From: Candidatus Hydrogenedentota bacterium
Lineage (GTDB): Bacteria > Hydrogenedentota > Hydrogenedentia > Hydrogenedentales > SLHB01
Length of the DNA stretch: 64,000 nt
Direction: 5' to 3'
NCBI GenBank assembly: GCA_963668025.2
Contig: CAXXTH010000010.1
Span: 1,360,456-1,424,455, forward strand
The notes beneath the pieces were generated by a model that worked only from the letters and a program-made list of their open reading frames with translations, was not told the origin of the DNA and ran no database searches. Below, one piece after another: positions 42,013 to 52,432 of the stretch (the first letter of the stretch is position 1; every line of letters begins with the position of its first letter). The position numbers and the translations under genes were made by a program.

Positions 42013-44205
42013 TTATGAGTCCACATCCTTGCTGCTGGTGGGCTGGTCCAGCACTTCACGCACCTTTCTCAGGAGAGTATCAGGCGCATAGGGCTTTTGG
42101 ATGAGTTGAATGCCTTCGTGAAGGACAAAACCGGTGTGAACGGCGTTTGTGCTGTATCCGCTGGAGAAGAGAAACCGCAATTGCGGCTGTTCTGCCCGTA
42201 AGGCGTCAAAGAGCGCTTTCCCACCCAATTCGGGCATTACTACGTCCGCCAGAACCATATCGATTGGATGCTCGCTTTCCCGGAATAGGCGGAGGGCTTC
42301 CCGGCCATTAGCAGCGGTAAGAATGGTGTAGCCCGCACGTTGAAGGATTCGGGTGACAAGCGTCCGTACTGCATCGTCATCCTCGGCAAGCAGAATGGTC
42401 TCTGAACCGCCAGTGGGCCTTGAATGGAGTTTGGTGCCAATACTGGACGCCACCCGCTCTACAATGGGCAAATAAATCTTGAATGTGCTTCCCTTGTTGA
42501 CTTCGCTGTAGACCTGAATCATTCCCTGATGCTGCCTTACGATGCCATAAACGGTTGCTAGTCCAAGCCCGGTGCCTTTGCCCAGTTCTTTAGTCGTAAA
42601 AAATGGCTCGAATACGCGCTCTAGCGTATGGGCATCCATTCCGATGCCGCTGTCGGTAACGCTGAGCAGTACATGGCGGCCTGGGATAGCCCAGGAGTGG
42701 GAGGCGCAGTACGAATCATCAAAAACCACGTTTTCGGTCTCGATGGACAGAACGCCGCCTTCCGGCATCGCATCTCGCGCATTTACGCAAAGGTTCATCA
42801 GCACTTGTTCCATCTGGCCGCGATCCGCGTGGATAGTTCCCAGTTTATGCCCCGGAATGACACGCGCTTGAATGTGTTCGCCGATGACGCGCTTGACCAT
42901 TTTCATCACATTTCCGATGACTTCATTGAGGTCCAAGTCTTCCATTTTAAGAACTTGTCGGCGGCTGAACGCAAGGAGCTGGCGGGTGAGCGCGGTAGCG
43001 CGTTCGGCGCCTCTGGCAATCTCTGTGCCGAACTCGTAGCAGGCGTCATTCTCCTTCAGGCTGTCCAGGAGCATTTGGCTATATCCGATGATGGCCTGCA
43101 GGATATTATTAAAATCGTGTGCGACGCCTCCGGCGAGTTGGCCGATCGATTCCATTTTCTGCGCTTGATGAAACTGTTGTTCCAATATCAAGCGCTCGGT
43201 AACATCCTCCACGATTTCGATGATCCCAGATATGTCACCCTGCGCATCGAATACGGGTGATGCAACAATGCGGAAGGTCCGCTGTTTTCCTTCAATGGTG
43301 TTTTCCCGGGTAATCTCATGAACCTGGCAGTCATATAACGCCTTTATAACGGGACACTGTGGACATGGCGCATCGAATGGCGGATTGTTGAAAACCTGAT
43401 AACAGAGCGGGTTGTCGTTTCGGGGGACATTGGGAAACCACGTCATCATTTGCCGGTTTAGCTCAATTAGCCGCATATCCTGGCCGATCAGGGTTACGCC
43501 CATGCCGACATTGTCCACGATGGTCCGGTATTTAGTTTCTGAAGCGCGTAAAGATTCTTCGGCCTTTTTGCGTTCAACGATCTCCGCCGACAGTTCCGCC
43601 GTGCGTTCCTCCACTTTTTCTTCCAGGCTTTCGTTGAGTGTGCGCAATTCTTCCTGGGTCTGGTTCAGCTCGTTGTTCCGATTGACGGCCGCTTCGTAAG
43701 TGGACAGCAATAAGGACAAAATCTGTTGTTGATCCGCGGAGATGAAGCGGCGTTTTCCCGCGAAGAATATTTCGGCTCCGATGCGGACGCGTTCGTTACT
43801 ACGCAAGATGCGGTTGGCCAGAATCTGTTGGACGTGCGTCAGGAGATAGGTGTCGTTATAGGGCTTTGTGAGGAAGGCGTCCGCACAGCACGCAAGCCCT
43901 TCAAGCACGTCATCGGGACTAGCCAGTGAGGTCAGGAGGATGACAGGGATATCGCTTGTACGTGTGTCAGACTTTATTTGATGGCAAAGCTCGTATCCGT
44001 TCATTTTTGGCATGACAATATCAGTGATGATAAGGGCGGGCGTTTCTTTGTCGAGTATGGACAGGGCCTCAAGACCGTTGCTGGCTGCTGTGACATGGTA
44101 AGCGTGTTGTTCGAGGAGATACTTCAACTGCTCGATTTGTGTTGGACTGTCGTCCACGATCAAAATGGTTAGCGCCTCGCTGGCCTTATTTGCACGGGTG
44201 CTCAT
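42013..44205 (-). CDS. Hybrid histidine kinase (REC-PAS-HisKA-HATPase-REC)
   Basis: N- and C-terminal receivers, AHDFNN H-box, VNARDAM, FTTK, GTGLGL. Confidence 0.95.
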   Translation of the reverse strand: MSTRANKASEALTILIVDDSPTQIEQLKYLLEQHAYHVTAASNGLEALSILDKETPALIITDIVMPKMNGYELCHQIKSDTRTSDIPVILLTSLASPDDVLEGLACCADAFLTKPYNDTYLLTHVQQILANRILRSNERVRIGAEIFFAGKRRFISADQQQILSLLLSTYEAAVNRNNELNQTQEELRTLNESLEEKVEERTAELSAEIVERKKAEESLRASETKYRTIVDNVGMGVTLIGQDMRLIELNRQMMTWFPNVPRNDNPLCYQVFNNPPFDAPCPQCPVIKALYDCQVHEITRENTIEGKQRTFRIVASPVFDAQGDISGIIEIVEDVTERLILEQQFHQAQKMESIGQLAGGVAHDFNNILQAIIGYSQMLLDSLKENDACYEFGTEIARGAERATALTRQLLAFSRRQVLKMEDLDLNEVIGNVMKMVKRVIGEHIQARVIPGHKLGTIHADRGQMEQVLMNLCVNARDAMPEGGVLSIETENVVFDDSYCASHSWAIPGRHVLLSVTDSGIGMDAHTLERVFEPFFTTKELGKGTGLGLATVYGIVRQHQGMIQVYSEVNKGSTFKIYLPIVERVASSIGTKLHSRPTGGSETILLAEDDDAVRTLVTRILQRAGYTILTAANGREALRLFRESEHPIDMVLADVVMPELGGKALFDALRAEQPQLRFLFSSGYSTNAVHTGFVLHEGIQLIQKPYAPDTLLRKVREVLDQPTSSKDVDS

Positions 44206-45268
44206 TGGATAATCCCTTTTCTTTTTTCATTAGAGAGTTCAGCATAGCAGCTATGTGTTCCGGCGGCAACACATGCATTGCCGCATCGAGCCGCACCGCC
44301 TCGGCTGGCATGCCATACACTATGGAGCTGTCTTGATCTTGGGCAAATGTGATAGCGCCTGAATCGCGCATGAGCCGGAGCTCTTCCGCGCCATCCTTTC
44401 CCATGCCGGTGAGTAATATGCCTGCCGCTTGCGCTCCCATGAATTTGGCGGCGCTGCGAAAGAGGAAGCCGGCTGATGGCCGCAGGCCTCCTTCAGGAGG
44501 GCCATTATCCAAAAAGATGCGCGGGCCAGGCCCCAAACCGATGTGATAGCCATCTGGGGCTATATAGGCGTGTCCGGGGCTCGGCCTCTCGTTATGATTA
44601 GCGATGCCTACGGGAAAATGGGATGTATTGGAGAGCCATTCAGCAAATCCTTGAACGAAGCCCGGTGCGATGTGCTGGACCATTATAATCGGGACAGGAA
44701 AATCCGCCGCCAAATTGGACAAGAGCTTCAGCAAAGCGGTAGGGCCGCCAGTGGATGCGCCAATCACAATGGCCTGGATGGGCATGAGCGGCATTGAAGG
44801 TTTCACCATGTTTTGCACTGGGGTGGAGTCTGGGCGCGCCATATGCGGAATGCGCCGTACGACCCTGATCTCGGACATCAATTTTACTAGCTGGATCAAT
44901 TCTCTGGAGGCGGTTTCGAATAAACCATGGCTTATGCCAGGCGGGCGAAGCGTTACGGCCAGCGCACCAGCCTCGACCGCGCGGAAAGTATAGGCGACTT
45001 CAGTGGCTTGTGCGCTTCCGCTGACAATGACAATCGGTGTAGGCATGGTCTGCATAATCTGCTTGGTGGCTTCGAATCCATCCATTTTCGGCATGTGAAT
45101 ATCCATGGTGATCACATCGGGGCAATATTGTTTGACAGCTTCGAGCGCCTCGATTCCATTCGCGGCGATGGCAATCACTTCGATATCCGGATCGGACGTG
45201 AGGATGTGCCTGAGATGCTCTTGCACCACCGGCGAGTCTTCTACGATCAATGCCCTTATTTTGCGCAT
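44186..45268 (-). CDS. cheB: Chemotaxis methylesterase CheB (WspF-like)
   Basis: Receiver plus GASTGG, VQHI, LTGMGKDG; start uncertain (45268-45322). Confidence 0.93.
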   Translation of the reverse strand: MRKIRALIVEDSPVVQEHLRHILTSDPDIEVIAIAANGIEALEAVKQYCPDVITMDIHMPKMDGFEATKQIMQTMPTPIVIVSGSAQATEVAYTFRAVEAGALAVTLRPPGISHGLFETASRELIQLVKLMSEIRVVRRIPHMARPDSTPVQNMVKPSMPLMPIQAIVIGASTGGPTALLKLLSNLAADFPVPIIMVQHIAPGFVQGFAEWLSNTSHFPVGIANHNERPSPGHAYIAPDGYHIGLGPGPRIFLDNGPPEGGLRPSAGFLFRSAAKFMGAQAAGILLTGMGKDGAEELRLMRDSGAITFAQDQDSSIVYGMPAEAVRLDAAMHVLPPEHIAAMLNSLMKKEKGLSNEHPCK

Positions 45269-45342
45269 GGCTGTGATTTCCATCATTATTTCGTTCAAGT
45301 GTGGACGGCTTAATCCTATCACCCTGGTTCTTCCTGCAGTTG

Positions 45343-47592
45343 TTATATGAACCTTTTTATTACCTCCAAGAGATTGCTTTGATCGAAGCTGCTTTTAATG
45401 ATATACGCATTTGCGCCGACATCGATCCCACGCTCGCGGTCTTCACGAGATTCGAGCGCGGTCACCAGGATGATAGGCAGTTCTTGGAGATGCTTGTTCG
45501 CACGAATTCTGGCTGTGAGTTCAAAACCATTCATGCGGGGCATGTCCACATCAGATACGACCAGATCGAATTCGCTGTTATGCAATTGGGTGAATCCATC
45601 AATACCGTCCGTGGCTGTTGATACTTGGTACCCCGCCGTTTCGAGTATGTTTTTGAGCAAGGTGCGTGCGGTAATGGAATCTTCCGCCACTAGAATGCGC
45701 CCCATTTTGGACTTTTCGGTGATGGCTTGCCGGCCTGGCCCGTGCTTGATTCCAGACGGGCGCAGAGCGGAACAGAATAAGTCGGATACATTGAGTACGG
45801 GCACAACCTTGCCATTGCCGAGTATGGTTGCTCCGGTGATATTGCGCACACGGTCCAGTTGCTTCCCAAGCCCTTTGACCAGGATCTGCTGCTCTTCGAA
45901 AATGGCCTCCACTTGAAATGCAATGCGCCTCCCGCTATAGGTTATTATCAGCATGGGTGTGAAGTTTTTCGGGCCTGCCTGGCCCGGCTGGCCAACGGAA
46001 GGTGAGTCGTTGTCTTTTGAAGGCATTCCCAATACATCGGCAAGCTTTACCGCCGGAATCATGCATCCTTCAAATTGTATGGCCTCCCGGTTCTCGATTG
46101 TATAAATGTCGTGCGGTGCGGCGCGCAGGACATGTTCCACTCCTTCCGCGGGCATGACAAATAAATGCCCGCCCGCTTGGATTAGGATGCCTCTGAATGT
46201 CGCGAGTGTCACGGGCACTTGCATGTGGAAGGTTGTGCCTGCGCCAGGCTCGCTCTCGACGCTGATGGCGCCGCCTATTTTCTTTACTTTTTCTTTGACG
46301 ATGGCCAGCCCTAAGCCGTGCCCGGAAATATCAGTCACGATTGGGCTTGTGGAGATGCCAGATTGAAAAACCATTTGCCGCATTTCGCTGGAGCCGAGTT
46401 TTTCGATATCGTCGTTCGATAGAATACCCATTTTGAGCGTTGCTGCCCGGACTTGGGCAATATCTATGCCTGCTCCGTCATCAGAAAGGACGATATCGAC
46501 TTTCCGCCCTTCCCTTACGCTGAATGAAAGAGAGATGGCTCCACGAACAGGCTTGTTTTTCTGGCGGCGGATTTGAGGTTTCTCAATGCCATGTCCAATG
46601 CAGTTCCGCAGGAGGTGGATGAGTGGATCTTTCAGTTCATCGAGTATCCGTTTGTCCATCTCGACTTCGGACCCGCGCATATGCAGTTCGGCTTCTTTAC
46701 CTTCGTCACGCGCCAATTGGCGGATAAACGCGGGAAACGCCTCGGCGAGAGTCGCCACGGGCAGCATGATAGCGCTTTTCATCGCTTCAAGGTGCTCATC
46801 CACCATGTGTTTTAGCGTGTGTTCGTCTTGTTCCATGGCGCGAACGAATGAACTCAATTGTTCCTGGAATTCGTGAAAATTATGCTCTGTCATCATGCCA
46901 TTGTGTTCAGCGCCGTATAATGCGGCTCTGGCCTTATCTGTTTTCCATGCTGCCAAAGCGCGCTCAAGCATGTGTAATTCGGAGATTCGTTGTGCAGCCG
47001 CGTTTTTAGCGGTTATCATCTCTTCCGCCTGCAACAACAGCACATCCAGTTTTGCTGTTGGGATTCTCACGGTTTCAATTTGTACAGGATCTTCCTTCGC
47101 GGGAGCCGGAGAAATGGGAGGGGGCTCGGCAGGCGGCGCTGCAGCCGATGGGATTTGCACGAGGCTTTCTTGTGGCGGGCCCGGCTGGGACGCACGAGAG
47201 AGTTGGAGTATTAACTCCCTCATCCGCACCCGGTTTTGTGGCGGCATTTCTTTGTCTACGTTTGAGACAAGCGTTGTGATGGTATCGGAAGCTTGATGGA
47301 ATATGTCGCATAATTCCAATGAAAACGCGGTTTCTTTCCGTTTTAGAAGTGCAAATGCGCCTTCGAGCGCCTTGCAAATGGTTTCGATATCGTTCAGATT
47401 CACGGAGCGGGCCGCACCTTTAAGGCTATGCACTTCCCGGAACGCGGTTTCTATCAATTCCTGGTATTGCTCGTCTTTAGGTGTTTGCTCTAATTCGACT
47501 AGGCAGGCCCGAAGGGTGCGGATATGCTCTTCCGCTTCGACGCGAAACGTTGCTTGGAGGCGCTTGAGAAACTCGGCGTCTTTCATGTTCAT
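45343..47592 (-). CDS. cheA: Hybrid CheA with CheW and receiver domains (WspE-like)
   Basis: HSLKGAA Hpt, HLLRNCIGHGIE, SGHGLGL, C-terminal receiver. Confidence 0.95.
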   Translation of the reverse strand: MNMKDAEFLKRLQATFRVEAEEHIRTLRACLVELEQTPKDEQYQELIETAFREVHSLKGAARSVNLNDIETICKALEGAFALLKRKETAFSLELCDIFHQASDTITTLVSNVDKEMPPQNRVRMRELILQLSRASQPGPPQESLVQIPSAAAPPAEPPPISPAPAKEDPVQIETVRIPTAKLDVLLLQAEEMITAKNAAAQRISELHMLERALAAWKTDKARAALYGAEHNGMMTEHNFHEFQEQLSSFVRAMEQDEHTLKHMVDEHLEAMKSAIMLPVATLAEAFPAFIRQLARDEGKEAELHMRGSEVEMDKRILDELKDPLIHLLRNCIGHGIEKPQIRRQKNKPVRGAISLSFSVREGRKVDIVLSDDGAGIDIAQVRAATLKMGILSNDDIEKLGSSEMRQMVFQSGISTSPIVTDISGHGLGLAIVKEKVKKIGGAISVESEPGAGTTFHMQVPVTLATFRGILIQAGGHLFVMPAEGVEHVLRAAPHDIYTIENREAIQFEGCMIPAVKLADVLGMPSKDNDSPSVGQPGQAGPKNFTPMLIITYSGRRIAFQVEAIFEEQQILVKGLGKQLDRVRNITGATILGNGKVVPVLNVSDLFCSALRPSGIKHGPGRQAITEKSKMGRILVAEDSITARTLLKNILETAGYQVSTATDGIDGFTQLHNSEFDLVVSDVDMPRMNGFELTARIRANKHLQELPIILVTALESREDRERGIDVGANAYIIKSSFDQSNLLEVIKRFI

Positions 47593-47604
47593 CGCATCAT
47601 ATCC

Positions 47605-49353
47605 CTACATTTGATATTGTTCGATAAGCTGCTTGAGCTTCTGTCCCATCTCTTGTAGATTCCGTGTCGCCATTTCGACTTGCACCATGCTCGCGGCGTT
47701 TTCCGCGCCGGCTTGGCTAATGTTTTCCATCGCCACGCCTATCTGGTCCATGCCGATAACCTGCTGCTGGCTTGATGCCGCGATCTGAGTAGCCATTTGG
47801 GCCGCTTCGACGCTCGTGTCCGCAAGAGCGCGGATAGCCTCGCCCGCTTGGGCGGATTGTTTGACGCCCGCCTCGACCGCTTTGCTGCCTTGTTCCGTGG
47901 CCATGACAGCCGCTCCGGTGGCCTTCTGGATTTCATTCAAGATCGTGCGCACTTCGGTGGTGGCGTGTTTGGATTGCTCCGCAAGGCTTCTAATCTCTTG
48001 TGCGACGATGGCAAATCCTTTGCCTTGTTCGCCCGCGCGTGCGGCCTCGATGGCGGCGTTGACCGCAAGCAAGTTGGACTGGTCGGCAAGGTCGGTCACC
48101 GTCGCGATGATTCCGCTGATGGATTGGCTTTGCTCGCTCAGGCGGACGACCGTATTGGCGATCAATCCTATTTGCTCTTTGATGAGTCTCATGCCGGAGG
48201 CGGTTTCTTCAACGGCCTTTTGTCCATTTCGTGAGACTTGCACGACATGCTGTGCATTCTCAGCGACACTGGCTGCTTTGCCTGCCGATAATTGGGCCGC
48301 TTGCCGTACTTCTTCCACAGTTGTCGTCGTCTCGCTGAGCGCAGTTGCCGTTTCCGCCGTTCCAGACGCCACCTGGGTCGCCGCCGCCTGGATTTCGTTT
48401 GCCGATGACCCGAGTAATTCGACGGCTTCGGCAATGTCGGATGTGGAATGATGCAGGCCCTCGAGCATACGGGCGAAAGATACGCCTAGAATGTCTTTGT
48501 CTGATTGAGGAACCACGGACACTCGCAGATCGCCAGCAGCGATGCGCTCCGCAATGACGGCCATTCCATTTAGGGATTGTATCATTCGGCGAAATGCTTG
48601 CAACAAGAGGCCGACCTCATCCTTGCGTGCGTTAGCCGGGATCATGCTGGATAAATCTCCCAATGCAATGCGCTCCGCTGCTCCGGTGAGATTCTTAAGG
48701 GGATTGACGAGAGTTTTGTTCAAGACGGCGATCATAAGGAGTCCCAGCAGTATGGCTATCGCTCCTATTCCAGCAAATACATAGATATACAATTGAGCCG
48801 CATTGGAATCCGCTTCCATTTTTAGATTTGCTTCACTGCTTGTGTGATCGGAAAGATCCATAGTAATAGTATGCATATCGTTATACCGTTTTGATTGGGC
48901 GCCGGATCCCATTTGTATAGCTTCTTCTTTTTTCCCTTCATGAATCAGGGTTATTTGTTGTTCCCGCGTTTTGTTGTATTCATCGAGAATTCCCGCCAAA
49001 TCCGTGATTCCATCACGGAATTTCTCATCTGAGTCGAGGTCGGCTGTGGTTGCTATTATCTGGTTGATTTCATTGGTCTTAGCTTTTATTTCGTTTTCGA
49101 AGGTATTCCACGCAGCGATATCATTGGTTAGCATCATTTCGAGTATCATCGCGCGATTGTAATTCAAGCGGGACCGCAGCTCGCGCAGATCGAGCGCGAC
49201 GCGGTCATGCACCGTGTGCATTTCTCTTTCGGATCGAGCTAGGCTTAACAGTTCAATTATTGAGATGCCAATAACGATTACTAACAGAAAACACATGGTC
49301 CCGAAGGCAATCGCCAGTTTGGCCCGGGTGGAGAGATTGATAAACCAATTCAT
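47605..49353 (-). CDS. Methyl-accepting chemotaxis protein (four-helix sensor, HAMP)
   Basis: Two TMs, [31 protein letters not shown]; GGAGG RBS before MNWF. Confidence 0.95.
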   Translation of the reverse strand: MNWFINLSTRAKLAIAFGTMCFLLVIVIGISIIELLSLARSEREMHTVHDRVALDLRELRSRLNYNRAMILEMMLTNDIAAWNTFENEIKAKTNEINQIIATTADLDSDEKFRDGITDLAGILDEYNKTREQQITLIHEGKKEEAIQMGSGAQSKRYNDMHTITMDLSDHTSSEANLKMEADSNAAQLYIYVFAGIGAIAILLGLLMIAVLNKTLVNPLKNLTGAAERIALGDLSSMIPANARKDEVGLLLQAFRRMIQSLNGMAVIAERIAAGDLRVSVVPQSDKDILGVSFARMLEGLHHSTSDIAEAVELLGSSANEIQAAATQVASGTAETATALSETTTTVEEVRQAAQLSAGKAASVAENAQHVVQVSRNGQKAVEETASGMRLIKEQIGLIANTVVRLSEQSQSISGIIATVTDLADQSNLLAVNAAIEAARAGEQGKGFAIVAQEIRSLAEQSKHATTEVRTILNEIQKATGAAVMATEQGSKAVEAGVKQSAQAGEAIRALADTSVEAAQMATQIAASSQQQVIGMDQIGVAMENISQAGAENAASMVQVEMATRNLQEMGQKLKQLIEQYQM

Positions 49354-49354
49354 G

Positions 49355-50020
49355 CTAGATTCCTCCCTTGATAGGCTGAGGCGCATTTTCCGCCTCTTGA
49401 TGAATAACGATGCTAGGGCTATGCAAGATGCCGCGGGCATCAAGGATTATTGTTTGGTCTCCGGCCACTCCTCTTAAATATTCCTCCCCAATTCCCGAGG
49501 CAGTGGGAAACGGCGGCTGCAATGTATCGAATGAAATCGTTCGATTTCCAATGATAGCGTCCGCCAGGATCCCGAATCCCATTTCCTCGCAGTGCAGAAT
49601 AACGATCCTATTGAGATCTCCCAATCCTTTTTCGGGCAGGCCGAAAACCTTCTTCAAATCGATAATGGACAAGATTTCTCCACGGATGCTGGCTATGCCT
49701 AAGACGAAGCCAGGCAGGCCGGGTAATGGCGTAAAGTCTTTCAGCATATGGATTTCACGGACGAACGACGCCTCGACCGCGTAGGTTTCCGAACCTAAGC
49801 TAAATGCTACAACCTCCGTGGATGCCATCTGTATGCAGGGCTGTTCGGGTTCCTTGGCCAATTCCATGGCCCGGGCTTTAAGAATGCGCTTTTGGGCATC
49901 TTGCGGCGGTTTAAAGTCATTCGCAAATGCTTCGTCGATTACATGCATGCGGTGGCGGATGGCGTCCCAGTCAATGGGTGTTTGAGGCTCGGAACAGGGC
50001 GGATGTGGTTCTATATTCAT
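49355..50020 (-). CDS. cheW: CheW-family adaptor
   Basis: [32 protein letters not shown]. Confidence 0.9.
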   Translation of the reverse strand: MNIEPHPPCSEPQTPIDWDAIRHRMHVIDEAFANDFKPPQDAQKRILKARAMELAKEPEQPCIQMASTEVVAFSLGSETYAVEASFVREIHMLKDFTPLPGLPGFVLGIASIRGEILSIIDLKKVFGLPEKGLGDLNRIVILHCEEMGFGILADAIIGNRTISFDTLQPPFPTASGIGEEYLRGVAGDQTIILDARGILHSPSIVIHQEAENAPQPIKGGI

Positions 50021-51495
50021 ACAAAAGCTCCTGATTTGATGCTTGCGCCTACAATTTCCTTGAAGCGCTTTACCGTCAAGCCTTCGGAATCAGGCAATAT
50101 TTCATTATCGGAATAGGTTCGTAAGAGGTTTTGGGCATTGTCGAAACAGCGTTGCGCGGTTCGCGCGTCGCCTTGGCGCATGGCCAGGTTGCCCAATACA
50201 AAATGGGCGAGTGCATAATCAGGCTTGAGATACAAGGCATGCCGGAGCGCTATGATAGCTTCGGCATACTGTCCCAGTTCCTGCAAAATGGCTGAACGCA
50301 GAAAATAAAAAGCAAGGTTCAATTTATCCGTATCGATTGCTTTGTCACAAAGGGCTAATGCTTCTTCGAGCTTTCCTTCGTTGGCGAGAACGCGAATATC
50401 ATGCTCTTCTTTCCCATGTCCAGACGTTTGCATTTGGGCGGTTTCATTGTTCCCCTCCGCTGGCGGCGGAGCGCCCGCGCTGGGCGGTTCGCTCACTGGC
50501 GTGGCCGCAGGGGGGCTGGCGATGGATGTAGCGCCGCAGGCCAGCGAGAGAGGGGAAATTCGTGGAATATGCACCGGCGTTTCAAGCACAGGCTGAGCCT
50601 CGCTCTCTTGGGCCTGCATGGCATCCGCCGATGAGATATGCGAAGTATGCGTACTCTTTCGGTAAACACTGGCGCTCGGTAGGCGAATGGCTTGAAAACC
50701 GGTAAAAATGGGCTGGCATAACTCGCTGGCGCTCACGATCAACCAGCCTCCATCGGCCAGGCACTCGAAGAATCGGTGGACAGTATGCTGGGCTCGTTGC
50801 GGTGTGAAGTACATCAACACATTCCGGCAGAAGAGCAGGTCTATTGCGTTTGTATTGTTTACAAAGGAAGGATAGACGTCTTCCGCAAGATTCAGATAAG
50901 CGAATCTGACCATGTCTCGGATTTGCGGCTGGATCTCGCGCCGCCCTTCCGGCGTGGGGCGGAAATATTTCTCCGTTAGCCATGGCGGCGCATTCCGGAA
51001 TGACCAATGCCCATATACGCCTTCCGCCGCTTTTCGCAACATGCGCGGATTCAAATCGGTCGCCAGAATCGTGATATCCCAATTAACGATATGGGGAATC
51101 GTTCGTAGCAGAGCTATTGCTATCGAGTATGGTTCTTCACCAGTTGAGCATCCCGCACTCCATATTCTCAAGCGTCGCTTTCCAATGGGCTGTTTACTCA
51201 GGAGTTCAGGGAGAATCAGTGTTTCCAGTGCGGCAAAAACACGCGGCTCCCGCCAGAAATAGGTTTCGTGAATTGTAAGATGGCTCACAAGCGTTTCCAT
51301 TTGCGCTTGGCTTAATGGTGAAGACACTACCCAGCGCAAGAAATCAGCGGCCTCTTCAAATTCAAAGTCCTTAGCGGCCATGCATGCCCGGCGTTCGAGG
51401 TCATTCCGCCGGGATGGAGGAAAATGCAACGCCATTCGAGTATGGATGAACTCGGCAAATTCACCTAAAAGGCTGTTGGGTATGGCCTTTTTCAT
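50017..51495 (-). CDS. cheR: CheR methyltransferase with C-terminal TPR (WspC-like)
   Basis: TIHETYFWRE, WSAGCSTGEEPYS, CRNVLMYF, C-terminal TPRs. Confidence 0.94.
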   Translation of the reverse strand: MKKAIPNSLLGEFAEFIHTRMALHFPPSRRNDLERRACMAAKDFEFEEAADFLRWVVSSPLSQAQMETLVSHLTIHETYFWREPRVFAALETLILPELLSKQPIGKRRLRIWSAGCSTGEEPYSIAIALLRTIPHIVNWDITILATDLNPRMLRKAAEGVYGHWSFRNAPPWLTEKYFRPTPEGRREIQPQIRDMVRFAYLNLAEDVYPSFVNNTNAIDLLFCRNVLMYFTPQRAQHTVHRFFECLADGGWLIVSASELCQPIFTGFQAIRLPSASVYRKSTHTSHISSADAMQAQESEAQPVLETPVHIPRISPLSLACGATSIASPPAATPVSEPPSAGAPPPAEGNNETAQMQTSGHGKEEHDIRVLANEGKLEEALALCDKAIDTDKLNLAFYFLRSAILQELGQYAEAIIALRHALYLKPDYALAHFVLGNLAMRQGDARTAQRCFDNAQNLLRTYSDNEILPDSEGLTVKRFKEIVGASIKSGAFV

Positions 51496-51971
51496 GTTGC
51501 TTTTTCCAGCAGGGCGGTGTCTAAAGATTGGTTTTCCTCAATGGATAGGAAACGGTCTATATCATAAATGAGTATGAGGCCGCCAGGTGTTTTGGCCACG
51601 CCCCGAAGGTGTGGAAGAGATGCGATTACGGTTGTTGCGCTAGTTATTTCAGTATCCGGAAAAGCCTTCACGCTTTCCACGGAACGCACCTCCACAGCCA
51701 GAAAACGTTGTGGAGTGCGTATAATGATGAACCGGTTGTCTATGCCAGGTTGAAGCCAGGGAAGCCCAAACCGCGTGCATATGTCCACAACAGGGATTAT
51801 ATGCCCTTGCAGATTGATAACACCCAATACAATGCCGGGCGCTTTCGGCAGGGGGATAACCTCCACTGCGCGGATCACTCGCTCCACGTTCGACAGGGGA
51901 AAAGCATATCTCGGCTCATCCAAGGCAAAAACGACTATATTGTCGAGCGCCGATAGTTCGTCTCTGCCCAT
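51492..51971 (-). CDS. cheW: CheW-family adaptor
   Basis: PLPKAP, GVINLQGHIIPVVD; start uncertain (51971-52016). Confidence 0.9.
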   Translation of the reverse strand: MGRDELSALDNIVVFALDEPRYAFPLSNVERVIRAVEVIPLPKAPGIVLGVINLQGHIIPVVDICTRFGLPWLQPGIDNRFIIIRTPQRFLAVEVRSVESVKAFPDTEITSATTVIASLPHLRGVAKTPGGLILIYDIDRFLSIEENQSLDTALLEKAT

Positions 51972-52348
51972 TTCATTTTCCTTGTACATGCTTTCCTCAA
52001 ACACTGCCAGGAGCATTCATCCAAACCATTTGCCCTGATAAAGAAGCGGATTGAGGAGGCCCATTTTGGCCTTGTCTGTGCGAGATGATGGAACGGGTCA
52101 AGTGCGCTCCATCGAAAATGGCAAGTCTGCGCCACATTGGTCAAACCCTCCTCTGAAGAACTGTAATACCCAGCCTTCCTCTTCGGAATTAAGAGACCTG
52201 TTTGCTGCTTTACAGACTTTTACGAGAGATTCGAATAACGCTATTATAGCAATTTTTGCAGGCATGTCAATTCAGGATTTTACTGTAAAACGAGTCCGTT
52301 TTTCCCGTAAATCCATCTAGGCGGTAGGGCGCTGGACGGCGATTATGC

Positions 52349-52382
52349 AAAAAAAAAGAGGAATTCCTGGGTGGAATTCCTC
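52349..52382 (-). terminator. Intrinsic terminator downstream of the symporter
   Basis: Perfect 10-bp stem gaggaattcc/ggaattcctc followed by a 9-nt T run on the minus strand. Confidence 0.85.
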
Positions 52383-52432
52383 GAAGAAGGATTGCAGCGG
52401 CCTCTGTTAGGCATTCTATATGAGGGTTTCGA

